Source of the DNA: Basidiobolus meristosporus CBS 931.73 | Lineage: Eukaryota; Fungi; Basidiobolomycota | DNA length: 64,000 nt | Assembly (NCBI GenBank): GCA_002104905.1 | Contig: MCFE01000084.1 | Coordinates: forward strand, 114,274 to 178,273 | Direction: 5' to 3' | Shown: in pieces, positions 27,549-41,164 of the stretch | Position numbering within the stretch: the first letter of the stretch is position 1 | How the letters are laid out: each line of letters opens with the position of its first letter | Made by a program: the position numbers and the translations under genes | Notes under the pieces: generated by a model | Databases searched by the model: none | The model's input: the letters and a program-made list of their open reading frames with translations, nothing else | Told to the model about the DNA's origin: nothing

Positions 27549-28889
27549 ATGCGCGAAGTTATCTCCGTCCACGTCGGTCAAGCCGGTATTCAGATTGGTA
27601 ATGCTTGCTGGGAACTTTATTGCCTTGAACACGGCATCCAGCCTGATGGTCAAATGACTGTCCCCAAGACTGATGACTCATTCTCTACCTTCTTCTCCGA
27701 AACTGGCTCTGGTAAGCATGTCCCCCGAACTGTGTTCGTAGATTTGGAGCCTACCGTAGTTGACGAAGTCCGTACTGGCACCTATCGTCAACTTTTCCAC
27801 CCTGAGCAATTGATCAGTGGAAAGGAAGATGCTGCCAACAATTATGCCCGTGGTCATTATACTATTGGTAAAGAATTGGTTGATCCAGTTCTCGAGAGAA
27901 TCCGCAAACTTGCCGACAACTGCAGTGGACTTCAAGGTTTCTTGGTCTTCCATTCCTTTGGTGGTGGAACCGGTTCCGGCTTTGGTGCCCTACTTTTGGA
28001 GCGTCTTTCCGCTGATTACGGTAAAAAATCCAAGTTGGAGTTCTCTGTATACCCCGCACCTCAGGTGTCAACCGCTGTTGTGGAGCCATACAACTCCATC
28101 TTGACCACCCACACCACCCTTGAACATACCGACTGTTCGTTCATGGTTGACAATGAGGCTATTTACGATATTTGTAAACGTAACCTCGATATCGAGCGTC
28201 CATCATACGCCAATCTCAACAGACTCATTGCTCAGGTGGTTTCTTCCATCACTGCCTCCCTTCGTTTCCAAGGGTCCCTAAATGTTGATTTGAATGAGTT
28301 CCAAACTAACTTGGTCCCATACCCAAGAATCCATTTCCCATTGGTGACCTACGCACCAATCATCTCTGCTGCTAAAGCTTATCACGAGCAGCTCTCTGTA
28401 AATGAAATCACTACCGCTTGTTTCGAGCCGAACAACCAAATGGTGAAGTGTGACCCTCGTCATGGAAAATACATGGCTTGCTGCATGTTGTATAGAGGTG
28501 ATGTGGTGCCCAAGGATGTTAACACCGCCATTTCCAACATCAAGACCAAGCGCACCATTCAGTTTGTCGATTGGTGTCCTACCGGCTTCAAGGTTGGCAT
28601 TAACAACCAAAAGCCTGCTGTTGTTCCTGGAGGGGACCTGGCTGATGTCCAACGCGCAGTCTGTATGCTCAGCAATACTACCGCCATCTCTGAAGCCTGG
28701 GCCCGTCTCGATCACAAATTCGACCTCATGTATGCTAAACGTGCATTCGTTCACTGGTATGTGGGTGAAGGTATGGAGGAAGGCGAGTTCTCCGAGGCTC
28801 GTGAAGACCTGGCTGCCCTGGAAAAGGATTATGAAGAAGTTGGCATGGACTCCCTTGAGGGTGATGAGGAAGAATACGAGGAGTATTAA
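27549..28889 (+). CDS. TUB1: Alpha-tubulin, intronless
   Basis: [38 protein letters not shown] and an acidic tail ending EEY. Confidence 0.99.
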   Translation: MREVISVHVGQAGIQIGNACWELYCLEHGIQPDGQMTVPKTDDSFSTFFSETGSGKHVPRTVFVDLEPTVVDEVRTGTYRQLFHPEQLISGKEDAANNYARGHYTIGKELVDPVLERIRKLADNCSGLQGFLVFHSFGGGTGSGFGALLLERLSADYGKKSKLEFSVYPAPQVSTAVVEPYNSILTTHTTLEHTDCSFMVDNEAIYDICKRNLDIERPSYANLNRLIAQVVSSITASLRFQGSLNVDLNEFQTNLVPYPRIHFPLVTYAPIISAAKAYHEQLSVNEITTACFEPNNQMVKCDPRHGKYMACCMLYRGDVVPKDVNTAISNIKTKRTIQFVDWCPTGFKVGINNQKPAVVPGGDLADVQRAVCMLSNTTAISEAWARLDHKFDLMYAKRAFVHWYVGEGMEEGEFSEAREDLAALEKDYEEVGMDSLEGDEEEYEEY

Positions 28890-30635
28890 CTTCGGATGTA
28901 CAGTGCTATTGAACATATTTTGACGAAATAAAATGCGTGTACAAAGCGGAAATGCCGCAATAATAGATGGATCAATGGACATGCCTGCAGGTCACGGGTA
29001 AAACATCAATCTTTCTACCGCAAGTGACTTCGTGCTGTTTCATACCGTGAAATCGATCATCGAATAAAACGCCACCACTCCCATCTTGCCTGCATCGATC
29101 AAAACGGGACATGATACGTTCCCATTTTTGTTGAAAATGGCTGAGAGTAGCATTAGATTCATCAGTCCAGAACGGGAAGCAATCTGACCACCAATGCCAT
29201 CCTAGAAAGCCCTGTTTGAAATAATCAAGGTTTATTTGAAAACCACCTGACTGCACCAGTGGCATAAAGCTAGCAGATTAGCCCTCTGGGAAGTGGGCCT
29301 AACCGATATTAGATGAGATGGAGTTGCTGAAGAGCAGTCGCCAGATCTGGATTATTTTCTTACTAATCGGGGCCGCCGTTCCCGCAATTTTGAGAAGCAG
29401 ACTGCTTTTTGACGATTTAAATGAGACGCCTTTGGAGCCTCTCAAGCCATGGATCCTGCCATCGAGTCACGCCACCCAAGCTGTGGGGATGGGGCTACTC
29501 CCACGACCAATCAGGCATTTCTATGACTTGCACATTCAAAGTTCTACTTGTAACCCATTCGTCTAGCACTTCATACGCATGTATCCAGAGGTATCTGAAG
29601 TTTATGGACGGGCTTCTACATCATGAAAAGGCCGTCATCAAGAGGAAATGGGCAGTATGAATGCTGGTCTAAGCGACTCGCCCCGCTATCGCTTGGCTTT
29701 TTGACAGCATCTGGGATGGGATTTGTGCGGCCTTGCAGCCCTGGGCATTCGGGGTTTTGCCAGGGTTACAGTCGAGTGATGGTAACGAGGCATTATGTAT
29801 GTCATCTCAGGGACGCTAGGTTTTGATTTCTCTCCATCTCCAGACCCTGATGAGGTAAACAGCATCCAACTGCATTTGAACAACCCAATGGTGTCAAGAG
29901 GAGATTTAGTCCGTATTGGCCAGAATACAATCATGAAGTGTTGGAGCAATTGAGTGGCATTAAGACTGTGTTCTTGATTCTTGGAAAAAAAGGAAGTCCG
30001 TGTCTAGGAGTGGAAACTAATAAAGGCAATATCGGGTACAAAATGAGTTTTTTTCCTAATGAAATGGATTTGTAAAGGTCACAGAAGACTTTGATCGCCC
30101 ATTTATTGGTCGACAAATATAAGTGAGGGGCCCGGAGTAGAAAAGAAATCCTTGTCACGGTGAATATGCATGCTCGCATGGGAAGGCACCTGCGTGGACG
30201 TTAACTCCATCATTACACAAACTCTAATGAGGTTTCAATATATTTGCCGCTTAGGCCCTCTTATTGGCCTGCGTTCGCATCCATTGTAATGGTTGAAAAA
30301 AACCCACCCGCATTTGGAAATTTGAGTCGTTTGGATGCGGCCCTATAGTATTACTTCTGTTGCTTCTGTGAAGACGTTTTGAATAGATTCATTGTATCTG
30401 ATTGGAAATGGAAATGGCCTTCCATGTTAATACCGATTGGATCTAATCAATTGGTGGAGAATATTCACATCAGTATCTCGATCGCAATATAAAGCGTGAC
30501 TTGCTCTTACAATCTTTATCCTCTGTATTTTTGCTCATATGAGCCTTTAGATTGATAACTAGAAACATCTCCACCCCGTCTACTTGACTATCGACCCCCC
30601 CCCCCCACGAACTTCACTATAACAATCTCAGTATT

Positions 30636-31250
30636 ATGCCTACTTTCTCGAAAACTGCCTCGCTCTCTTCGGAGATGCCTCGTCAAGTCTCCCCGGATTA
30701 CCTGGGGATTCGAAGAGTTGCCTCTAGAAAACGAAAGACCATGAATAGCAGCGTTAATGGCTCTTCGTACGATCAAGAATTGTCACCATTGTCATCCTTC
30801 TCTTCTGAAGCCGAGTCTGACCGTTTACACTTTGCCCATGCTGCCGAACAGCTTGTTGCTGCTGCCTCGCTAGTTGCGTCTCTATCGTTTAGTACCAGCA
30901 CTTCCGCCAGTAGTAACAGTAGTAATGAGGTGTCCAACATGAACGATGCCAGTGTCTCCCCCTCTACTAGTGCGCCTTCTTCACCAACTGAAAGTAGCCT
31001 CGGTCGCTGCACTCCTGGCTCGTTGAAAAGCCTCACAATTGAAGAAAGAAGACAGCGTAGACTGATTCGCAACAGAGAGGCTGCAAAGGAGTGCCGCAAA
31101 AAGAAGAAGCTGTACGTCTCGGAGTTAGAAGAGAAGGTACAAAGGCTTGATGAGGAAAATTGTCAGCTTCGGCAGGAAATCCAAGAACTTCAAGCGAAAA
31201 TTACTCTTAGTATCTTGCACAAAGAGAAAGGGAGCACTCATCAAGCCTAG
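30636..31250 (+). CDS. bZIP transcription factor, CREB/ATF1-type basic region
   Basis: RRQRRLIRNREAAKECRKKKKLYVSELEEKV followed by L/I heptads. Confidence 0.9.
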   Translation: MPTFSKTASLSSEMPRQVSPDYLGIRRVASRKRKTMNSSVNGSSYDQELSPLSSFSSEAESDRLHFAHAAEQLVAAASLVASLSFSTSTSASSNSSNEVSNMNDASVSPSTSAPSSPTESSLGRCTPGSLKSLTIEERRQRRLIRNREAAKECRKKKKLYVSELEEKVQRLDEENCQLRQEIQELQAKITLSILHKEKGSTHQA

Positions 31251-33511
31251 AGCCTTGATATTCCGCATTGCTGTGGCAGATACATTCTTTTTGAAAACTG
31301 GATTTTCATTAGCACATTCTGGGTAGATTGGGAGTGACCTAGAGTATCACTGTACATTTTCATCTTGTTCCGAGCAAATATTATTTCCACCTCATTTCCC
31401 ACTTCCCCACAAATCTTCCAATATGTCTATTATTGTTCTGAATCATTTTGCTACTCGACTTCTCCGATATTTAATTATTCTTGTTTGCTAGAGCAAGCCA
31501 CAATTTTATACTAGAATGTACAACATATCGTAGTTGATTATTTAAGCTGATATTAAACTAACATCCAATCGATCAACCTTTGATACTTGGTTGCAGGATA
31601 AATCCTTGTTTTATGACACATTTGTTTCTGCACAATGACAGTACTACATAGGGCAGGTGGGGTGTAATAGTGGTGCTATAGCCCAAGAACTCCGAACACA
31701 TGACGGATGTAGCATTATTGTGGTAATACGATGTTACTAACTAAATATCCGAACGAACCAATATACCCGTTTTTAAGGTTACTTTGGTTAAAATCTCCGC
31801 GAACCACTTCCATTTCAATGAGAACCGACGTAAATCCTCTCACTTGAGGGAACATCGGGAATCCCATCAAGCTACCCATCCTCATAACCATAAAGATCAA
31901 AATTTTCCGGCCTTCACATACGCAAAATTCAGCTACCTCGGACTTGCGGATTGAAAATCCAGATTCGTTCGCCGCACAACGAGGTACCTGTTGACCCCAT
32001 CGCTAGATCTTTCGGCACAACGAGGGCATCCATGGGAAAGCTTGTCCTGTATCTCTTCCATCCTTCACCAATTAAGTCGCCTACCGAGGGTGGACGATAT
32101 TGTTGAATGCCATTCGACCTCATTAGTGTCGATATTTCAGTGGAGAAAACATTGCCAATCGATTGAAACAGCATGTAGCCTATCTCAAATACGGCTGTTA
32201 TGCTGTGGTGTCGATTTGCAGCATTCCTGATAGCTGGGATAATACGGCTCCAATAAGATCTGTAGGGGATGGAAATCGAAGCTTGGGGTGCTCCTGTAAA
32301 AGTACGCAAAACGTTGTCAGAATGCAACCAACTGCCTCCAATGATGCAATCCCCTCGTGTCCATAAAAGTCCCACGTATCACATTTGCCTTACCATCTCT
32401 GACCACCTGCGTGTTGAGTAGGTTTCAGTAACTAGAACCACTGATCCTTGTCTACATCCAGGTTGATAAGGGATGGCCAGACCGAAACTGGGGCGAGCTT
32501 GACTTCCCTGGTGGCACTAAAGCGTAGTCATGAAAGTACTCGGTAGACACAAAATAATGAGTGGCACTATCTTGAGAATATGAGCGAGGTGACTGAATGG
32601 TGGAGCGGACTGTTGGCGCAGGGGCGGACTATCTGGATAAACATTGGAAACAATTTTCACCATCCAACCCTGTATACAACAACTCTTCGTGCAACCACTG
32701 GTGTTTGTGCATTTAACCTACTTAGAAATGGGGATCCTTACAGCTATCCCGAGATACATGTATATGTATCCCAAAAATAGCAAGGCGATAAAGACTTCGC
32801 TATCCCTACTGATTCGGTACCTATTTTTACTGCTTGCTTTCAATGTCCCAACCTGTTTCCAAGTTCATTACATTTCATGACTGATCTTTTAACATGCATG
32901 CAAGGCAAAATGGCAATGTTACACATGACGAGACTCGATCATATAAAGAATGTGCGCCTCGATTAGGCTAGAGACAGCAGAGAGCCTAGAAAATCAGAGA
33001 CCATGAAAGGTCAGGTTTCACGGCCATTAGTCGCACGAGTGTGCTATATCTAATAGCATTGAAACTTTTCATGCCATCGAGCGCCGTGGCTATAAGAACG
33101 TTTCTGAAGAGGATTCCGCCACCGATGTTGTCTGTCTACAATGCCCCTGGTCAAAGAGAACCAATGATTAGGGCCCTCGCTAAATGAGTCCTGGAAAAAT
33201 TTCCTCAGATCACAGCCTAGTGCAACAAACATTGTTCACACCTATGATCCCTGTGTGGACCGAATGTTACTCAAATCATCAGTTGTCGAATAAAAGATTC
33301 GTAGATGACTAGACACTCATACACACTCCCTAGTTACACTGAGAAAAGTTCGTTGTAAACCTTATAGCTTCATATCACTACCATCATTCTCGTTTCACAC
33401 CGTTACGCTATACCTTATCTCGGAGACTTTACGGGCGGGTGTAGGAGCAGATCCTGGTTTTGTATATAATCACTGACTCTGCGCTGAATCCTGACCATTT
33501 CTCAGAACCTA

Positions 33512-35150
33512 ATGTCGTCCTACGGTTGGGGAACCGGCCCTACTGGAACTGATGTGCCCAATCTAAGTATTTCCGACCCGACCTTTACTCAAGTCAATGT
33601 TATAGTTAATAGTGAGTGCCAAGCGAGATTCATGAGCATATTCGACACCTTGTATTTATTTCTAAAAACTCTTTCGTCTAGCAACCTTAAACATACTTTC
33701 AATTGTTGGAGGTCTGCTCGTTGTTTTCATCACAGCTGGGCTATGGCTCTACGACCGTCGTTTGATGGATAGAGTCAGTCTGCGGCTGAATGCCTTTATT
33801 TCACTGGTGGACGTGATAAGGTCGGCTATAGTGCTAGCGTACACATTCATGTCGAGCGACAGTAAGTTCCGAGTTGATGCACATACACTCTATCCCACAG
33901 ATTACTAACCGCTCCGACGAGCAGCGCCAGCACCCGTTTGCACCGCCAGTGCGTGGCTCATCATCTTCACGGCTGACCTATATCTATTCTTGTCAGCCGC
34001 TGTTGCATTCAATCTTCAGTGGGTCGTGCTGCAAGAAAGAGTGTTTTTACCCTGGATGGAGCACTACTTGTACTATGGCGGATCGTTTTTGCTCGCCCTC
34101 ATATTTACGTGTGTCCCTTTGATCGCTGGGAAATTCGGATGGGACCACGCGCAGTCGATGTGCTGGTATCGTGACAGCTGGACAACATCCTCGATAATCT
34201 GGGAATGGGTAAGTCTCCACGGCACCTGCCAATGATTGCTCAGCTCCATAACTCTCTTTTTCAGACCACCTATCTGGGCCCTGCGGTTATAGTCATCGTG
34301 TACTGTAATGTTGTCGTTGGATTGGTGATCAGGAAAATTGTGACCACCAACCGAGCTCTCCGCAAACATATTGGTTCGAATCAATCCGGAAAAATTACCT
34401 CCATTCAGCGGAGCACCCAACGAGCCATCAATCGGGTGCTAGCACGGATTGTGCTGTACCCGTTTATTCCGTTCATCACCCAAACCCCATTCATCGCAAG
34501 TAAGTCTTGACTCCCGCACTTTACCACACTTGGATCCAACCATCGTGGCTATGACTAATTGGTTAAATCGTTAGGTGAGGCGTACATGCATACTTGGGGT
34601 CAGATCAATCTGTGGTTATCTCTGTTAGGAAACATCGGTAAGTCTGCGTAACAGGGTTTGGTCCATTCAGTCGCTTACAGTATCCTCCCCACTAGCTACC
34701 GACAGCCCTGGAATACTGAACTTCATTGCTTTTGCTGTTGACCCTTCATTCAGCAGTGCATTGTCTCGAGTCCGTCGGGAGCTGATTGACAAGTACGCAC
34801 AACCTGCCAGCTACCAGATGACGAGCTTGCCTTTAGGTACCTCTGGGCAGCCATTGGAATCCGCAACATCCCAGTCGGGATTCATGTATTGGTTTGTGAA
34901 CAAGATTCTGTACCGACCACGCAAGCCAGCCTCCTCGCAAACCATCTCCCACACAGCCCCCTCGTCCCTTTCTCGCCAGAGCTGGCATGTTCTTGTCGAT
35001 AAGGACGACCATTCCCCAAATTCACGAGAGTCGGTTGCCCCAACAGGCAAAAAAGCCCCGCACTCGCCATTTATCTCCGGCAGTCAATCTCTCTCTGAGG
35101 ACGAGCATCTGGGCCCCTCAGCAGCTAGACGATACATTCAAAATTTGTAA
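33512..35150 (+). CDS. Seven-TM GPCR, cAMP-receptor/Git3-like class; several introns
   Basis: Exonic pieces WLYDRRLMDRVSLRL, AVAFNLQWVVL, GKFGWDHAQSMCWY, RIVLYPFIPFITQ, GILNFIAFAVDP. Confidence 0.8.
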
Positions 35151-35704
35151 CCATCCCAATATATCCGATCTAATGCAGTTGAACACCATTAATGTTCATC
35201 ATTATAGAAATCAATCGTAATCATTAAACACTCCCTCCCATCCAACCGAATTGGCTGTGTGATTTGTTCCCACTATGAAGTGGCGTATAATTGACACTTC
35301 CCCGAACTCTGCATAAATGATGAACATACCCTTACTCTTGGCCAACCTGCTGGAACTTGGTCTTGTATGGTATGGTCTTATGGATGCTGAAAGAATATCA
35401 AAGACCCGACACATTCCTGTCATCGATTTTACGAGGTTCTTCCAAGGTATAGACACCATACTCACTGAACCTGCTCGAGAAATGCCTCAAGTCGCTTCCA
35501 CACCCTTCCTCTACTAGCAGCAGAATGCGCTTATTTAGATCGCTATGGTGCTTAAGGCTCTGGATGATTACGTGCCTGCAGTGAACTGCTTTATTAATTG
35601 TCCTGTGGATGCGAGTTGGTGTGATAAACGTAAATAACTCTAGGAATTAATGATGCTATGACAAAATGGTCGATCCGGAAGATAGGATGGCCGGTAATAT
35701 GGCT

Positions 35705-37279
35705 TTACAAAAGTTGGGGAGGTCTACGGGCCTTGGTGGCCTGTTCGAAAGCATAAGCATACTTGATCAGTTTGGGCTCATCGTACGCGCGAGCATAGAA
35801 GCTCATGCCAAATGGAACTCCGTCCTGGTCAATACCAACGGGGATACTGATTTGTGGGTAACCGGCCATGGCAAGTGGCTGAGGTGGGAAGAAGCCCCAG
35901 TCAACGGGAACGAACATGGCATCCAAGTTGTACTGTTTGAAAACAGTATCGATTCCCTTGGGACCAGACAATTCGCGGTTGAGTCTCAAGGTTTCCTTGT
36001 AGAAAGGATCATTGAGGTCGGTGGTGTTCTGCGCAATTTCAAATACCTCTTGCTTAAAGTAGGGCATCTCCTCAGCAGCATGGTCCTTGTTGAATTGAAT
36101 TAAATCGGCTAGATCCTTCATGGGGCATTGCTCTTTTAGGTTAGAGAGATACGCCTTGACATCCTGCTTGAATTCGTAGTTCAGCAGGGTAAACTCCAGT
36201 CCACCTAGTCCGTAGGAGGGATCATTGATTTGGTCGGCGGTAGGAATGTCAGCAGGGTCAACGATCGTTGCCCCTAGAGACCTCAACTTCTCTATGGCTT
36301 GCTCAGCAACGGCCTTCTCTTCGGGGTGGGTGAATTTCTCCCAATACAAGTGACGTGGGATGCCAATGCGAGCGCCGCGTAGGCCATCCTTTTTCAGGTA
36401 TCTCGTGTATTTAATGGATTTGTTGGGATTGGGGGGCATGTTGGTCAAGGGGTCACGTGGGTCCTTTCCAGCCAAGGCCTCAAGCATGATGGCAGCGTCG
36501 GTAACCGACTTCGCCATTGGCCCGGGAGTATCCTGGGAATGAGAAATGGGGATGACCAAATCGCGAGAAATCAAGCCAACAGTGGGGCGAATGCCAACCA
36601 GTCCATGAATAGCAGCGGGGGCAATGATTGAGCAGTCGGTATCAGTACCGATCGAGGCAGTGACAAAGTTCAGCGCGACAGCGACAGCAGGTCCACCACT
36701 GGATCCTGAGGGTGAGCGGGTGATGTTGTAAGCGTTGTGGGTTTGTCCACAGCGACCACTCCAACCATCGGGATCCTTGTATTCTGCGCCTGAGCCATCG
36801 GTAGTGCGCAAGTTGGCCCATTCTGACATGCAGGCTTTACCAAAAATCAATGCTCCAGCCTTACGGAGTTTGGAAGCAATAGTGGAGTCTCTGGTAGGCT
36901 TGCACTCTTCACTGTACAGTGCCAAAGAGCCAGCGGTGTTGTGCATCTGGTCACCAGTGGCGATGTTATCTTTCAGCAGAATGGGGATGCCGTGAAGAAG
37001 CCCGTGTTCTCTACCAGCTTTACGTTCAGCATCGGCCTTATCGGCGAGTTTGAAGATATCAGGATTCATCTCTGAAATGGAGTTGTAGTTGTGGTCATGC
37101 TCGTGGATACGATCAACATACCACTGAACTAACTGACGAGAGGTGAGGGTCCCACGGCTGAAAGCGGTTTGAATGTCAAGAATAGATGCTTCCTCAAATT
37201 GGAACGTATCGTTTTGACCGGCAGCTAGTACCGACAAACACAATGTGCTAACCAACGTGAGTGCTTTGAAAGTGCGCAT
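35705..37279 (-). CDS. Secreted amidase-signature family enzyme, intronless
   Basis: Signal peptide; LHGIPILLKDNI (Lys), SGSSGG (cis-Ser), GTDTDCSI (nucleophile Ser), GLVGIRPTVGLISR. Confidence 0.92.
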   Translation of the reverse strand: MRTFKALTLVSTLCLSVLAAGQNDTFQFEEASILDIQTAFSRGTLTSRQLVQWYVDRIHEHDHNYNSISEMNPDIFKLADKADAERKAGREHGLLHGIPILLKDNIATGDQMHNTAGSLALYSEECKPTRDSTIASKLRKAGALIFGKACMSEWANLRTTDGSGAEYKDPDGWSGRCGQTHNAYNITRSPSGSSGGPAVAVALNFVTASIGTDTDCSIIAPAAIHGLVGIRPTVGLISRDLVIPISHSQDTPGPMAKSVTDAAIMLEALAGKDPRDPLTNMPPNPNKSIKYTRYLKKDGLRGARIGIPRHLYWEKFTHPEEKAVAEQAIEKLRSLGATIVDPADIPTADQINDPSYGLGGLEFTLLNYEFKQDVKAYLSNLKEQCPMKDLADLIQFNKDHAAEEMPYFKQEVFEIAQNTTDLNDPFYKETLRLNRELSGPKGIDTVFKQYNLDAMFVPVDWGFFPPQPLAMAGYPQISIPVGIDQDGVPFGMSFYARAYDEPKLIKYAYAFEQATKARRPPQLL

Positions 37280-38509
37280 TAAACTTCAAGGGCGGATGGA
37301 GAGTTGGAGAAACTGATGCTTTCTCTCACGAGGCAGATATCTGCTCCTTTTAAGGGCCTTAACATGGTACTGTGAAGTAGTCATGGATGCGGATAATCCA
37401 GTTTTGGGATATGTGGTGTTTAGCCAATCACCATCCACCAGTCTCGACAACGCAATTTTGCTTTCCTAATATAATTTTGGGGTGCAAAGCCTACGAGAGT
37501 TACACGACGATAAACAATTATAAAAATCTTTTATTGGAGCCAAGTTCCAATGATCAAATGCTGCCATAGACTTGTTACTGTTGATTTGGAAACCTGATCC
37601 TGCGTTAGCCAGTCGCGACAGAGGCTGCTAATAATGTACGCTTAATATGTATATATACACTGTTCATGATGCGTGAGAAAATATCTGCCAGTTCATTGCG
37701 ATCGTCTATTGACGAGGGTCATAGGAAGTGATTGGCTTGTGCTATAGATCTATGAAAAATACTTGCTGAAGCTAAAATCCAATAGAGGGAAGATCACATT
37801 ACTGGTACGTCAGAGCAAGGATTTCCTACTCAAGATTCGAACCCCTCTTTCGATGGATGATCTACAATGACTATTCGTGGGTGATTTTTCTGCGCACCAG
37901 TGACAACGATGCCATGGATCAATGGCTGTTCACTAGGACCACAGGAGTCGCAAAGCTTTTTTTAGTGCAACGAGTACACTGAAAATGGATATCGGTATAC
38001 CACGAAGGCCACCCCCATGCCTTGTCAGGAGGGTCTGCGATACATAGCAATTTTAGGCCACGCTCAAATACGCTGTATACGAGCATGTGGAGCGGGATTA
38101 AATGCGGAATTGTTGCATCATTTTGTGGAATATCGGCGGCTATATTTAAAGTCACATGTACTATTTTTACGTGTGGTGGTCGTGCTGGCCGGCCAAATTC
38201 AATGCAGTGGTGCATGTGTATAAATCGATAGTAAACATTTTCTCTGTTTATTTGTTTGCTACCAGGTTGCTAGTAAGGTGTAGCCAGATCGTGATTAGTG
38301 GCTCACTTTGATATTGATTCAAACTTATCGAGTAAGTCTACTTCTCCAAACCATGCTGATGCAGAGATTGAGATATGAGACGCATAAGAAAGCTGCCCAT
38401 ATTTCCAAATTCTTACACAAGTAGATAGTGTGCAGTTGCGTCTATACTAGGCCACTGATAGCTTAATTCTTATATTGGGAACACCAGCGAAAAGCTAGTC
38501 TGGTTCATC

Positions 38510-40948
38510 TCAGCGTGAGACATGTTCCATTGTTGGAATCTGTCCTCCGATGGTGGTGACAAAAGACTCCCAATGAGAAGTCAGTTCTTTGACATTGCCG
38601 CATATAGGGCTATTTCCAATCTTTCTAGCCCGCTGCGCAACGGTAAGCAACGCTTCAAGGTACTTCCAGAAGCGGCTTCCGAGCTTCGACGTATCGTCGA
38701 CACTAGGCTCTTTGGATGCCACAGAGTAATACTGGGATTCCACCATCATCATGATGGTACAGAGCAGCCGATCGTTGATTGAAAAAATATCCTTAACAAC
38801 CTTTATGAACTGGGTGTGATGGCGTGAAGATAATTGTCGCGTAACAAACGATGCATGACTTCTTTCCAAATAGAGCTGAAGTTGATGGTAATTGGCCAAG
38901 ATGGTGTCGGCTGCTCTCTTCAAAGCATTTACAATTCGATATGTAGTTGCATTTCTATATAACACTACTATCTCAGAGGAGTTAAGGTGATTTGTTGCTC
39001 GAGCTGCCGGATATACTTCTGCCGCTGGGTTGAAAATACATGGACGACAATGGCGGCTGGGAAGCTTTAGCAAGCAATTGGTGAGCTTAGCGAAAGACGT
39101 AAGTAGCACTTCGCTATTTATGGTCTCGTTGTCATTTGAGTGTGAGCTCTCCTTGTTTTCTAATTGGTCAAGAATCCGTTTTCGTGTTTCGACTGTTACT
39201 GCTCTTTGAGTGGCAACATTGATAAGGGCTCTCCTGAGCTTGATCAACGGATGATACTGTGATCGGTAGCTGCAGACAAATGCATTAGCATTATCGGTAA
39301 AACCAGAATCCAGACAGATTGCACTATTTTCAGCAAAGGTTCGGCACAAAAGCATTAGTGCGGCAAGTACTACCGAGCATAGTCGCATGGATACAGTTCC
39401 CAAGTCTATCTCGGCGTGTGAGATTTTATCACGAAGGCGGATGGAGCAGTTGTAGTCGAACAGATCCATTAACAGCTCCTGTAACCCAAAATACGTCAGA
39501 CAATGTGGGGTGAAATGGCTAAGCGACCCACTCCACCTTTAAATTTACTCTCAGCTCAGAGGATAATGCATTTTCCTTCCCATTGACTGTGCCTCCAAGG
39601 ATATCATCCAGGACAACGTAGTACGCTTCCGAATCTGCGGTAAGCACGGTGTTGTTAGGAAGTTTGTTATGAAAAACGTATTTCACTCTCAATGCATGCT
39701 CCAGTAACACGATACTATTGACTATAAACGCAGCCGCTTCTTGTGAGGAGTAATACCTCGCCATAGTATCCCATTGGGGTTTCTGCTCGAGCGGGATGAA
39801 TTTGGAATTCTCAAACACCTGCCTAATGTACGCAACATCGACTGTAGGGTGTGATGAGAGAGACGCTGCCTTATAGCTGATAGCCATAATTCATACCTAG
39901 TTCCTTCATGATATCTATGTGATCCTCCGTATACCAGCTATCGGCTTTTAGTAAAGCACGGTGTTTGAGAGGAAGTTGGACATTTTGCAGTAATACATGT
40001 CCTATTGTTCTAACAAGATAATATAAAATAGAACAGTAACCGGGATGAACCTCTCCAGGAGCCACAAAACCATGCCAAACAAGATTCCGGATATTGATGG
40101 CTTTCGGAGTCCCCATAAGAATACGCAAGATGAATACCTAGCTCAAATGGTTAGGCGAGATTGCTTAGCCACGAGGCTGAGAACCAATACTTGTACCAGG
40201 TCTTCCCCTAATAGGGAGTGCAAAACATCGTTTTGTAAGAGGTCTTTCATTAATAGTGGGATGCGATTTGTAGTATTTGTTACAGTGTAGAGTAGATCTC
40301 CCAGAGCTCTATCCAGAGCAGCCGTAGCTAACAAAAGGCATGTAATGTTGTCACCTTTCGTAAGCAGAGTATATGCTTGAATAAGATCCTGGTTTTACTT
40401 CAATGTTAGAATAAGGCATAAAAGAATACTCCTACTCATACCCGTTGCAATTCGAAGCCCAGCCACGTAGTATACTCGTCCTGCAAGCGAAATCCCGTGG
40501 TACTTGTAGAATGTTGCATTTCAACACGTCTTATAACCACAGATAATCTAGTCGTAGCCTCTTCCCAATACTCATCGACGATATCAGAGTCTAGTGAATC
40601 ATTATGAATTCATGTACGAATCGAATATTTGGAATGTGGAATTATACCGTTAGTGTTGCTAATTACGAGAGGACGCAGTACTTTCGTTATCTTAGATATA
40701 TCTAAAATGGACAAGGAGTCTACAAGAAATGACTCCGTAAGATGCTCTAATAGCAGGGCCTCAACATTCTCCGAGTTCAGGAAAAACAAGCGCTGAACGC
40801 GAGCAGATAAGTAGCTCTGTTGAGCCATTTGTAATGAAACACACAATCTATCAGCAATAAAGCCTAAATCGTCAAGTAGCTCAATTTTAAGCATTAATAT
40901 GCATGGTTGGCTAGGCAAGTCCGCTTGTAAGTAATATTGGGATTTCAT
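38510..40948 (-). CDS. ERMARD: ERMARD/DUF4209-like protein; multi-exon; start uncertain
   Basis: LDRALGDL..LMKDLL..GTPKAINIRNLVWHGF and LLEHALRVKY..N.LPN.TVLTADSEAYYVVLDDIL across ORFs 40143-40334, 39871-40128 and 39519-39887. Confidence 0.7.
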
Positions 40949-41164
40949 CAATATCTTGGAAATATTTTCGATCACTTCTGAAGTCCAAATCTATTTCCAA
41001 GTCGTACAATAGCCCTCATACTTTATACATATCTTTCCATTCCCTCCATAACATACTCTGGCCGTTGTTCTTACAAAGTTTCACAATATGTACAAGTATT
41101 CTACCTAATAAACCAACGAGTATGTATTTTTTTCTATCTTCCTAGTTCGAATTCAACTTGCGGA

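Noticed and set aside
28278-28982. 234-aa antisense ORF and other shadow ORFs over tubulin, the amidase, the GT and the LINE
   Set aside because: They are explained by codon bias of the sense genes and show no recognisable motifs.
37834-37845. GGTTCGAATC T-loop-like motif on the minus strand (possible tRNA or SINE)
   Set aside because: The flanking bases do not form a T-stem, and no acceptor stem or A-box is evident.
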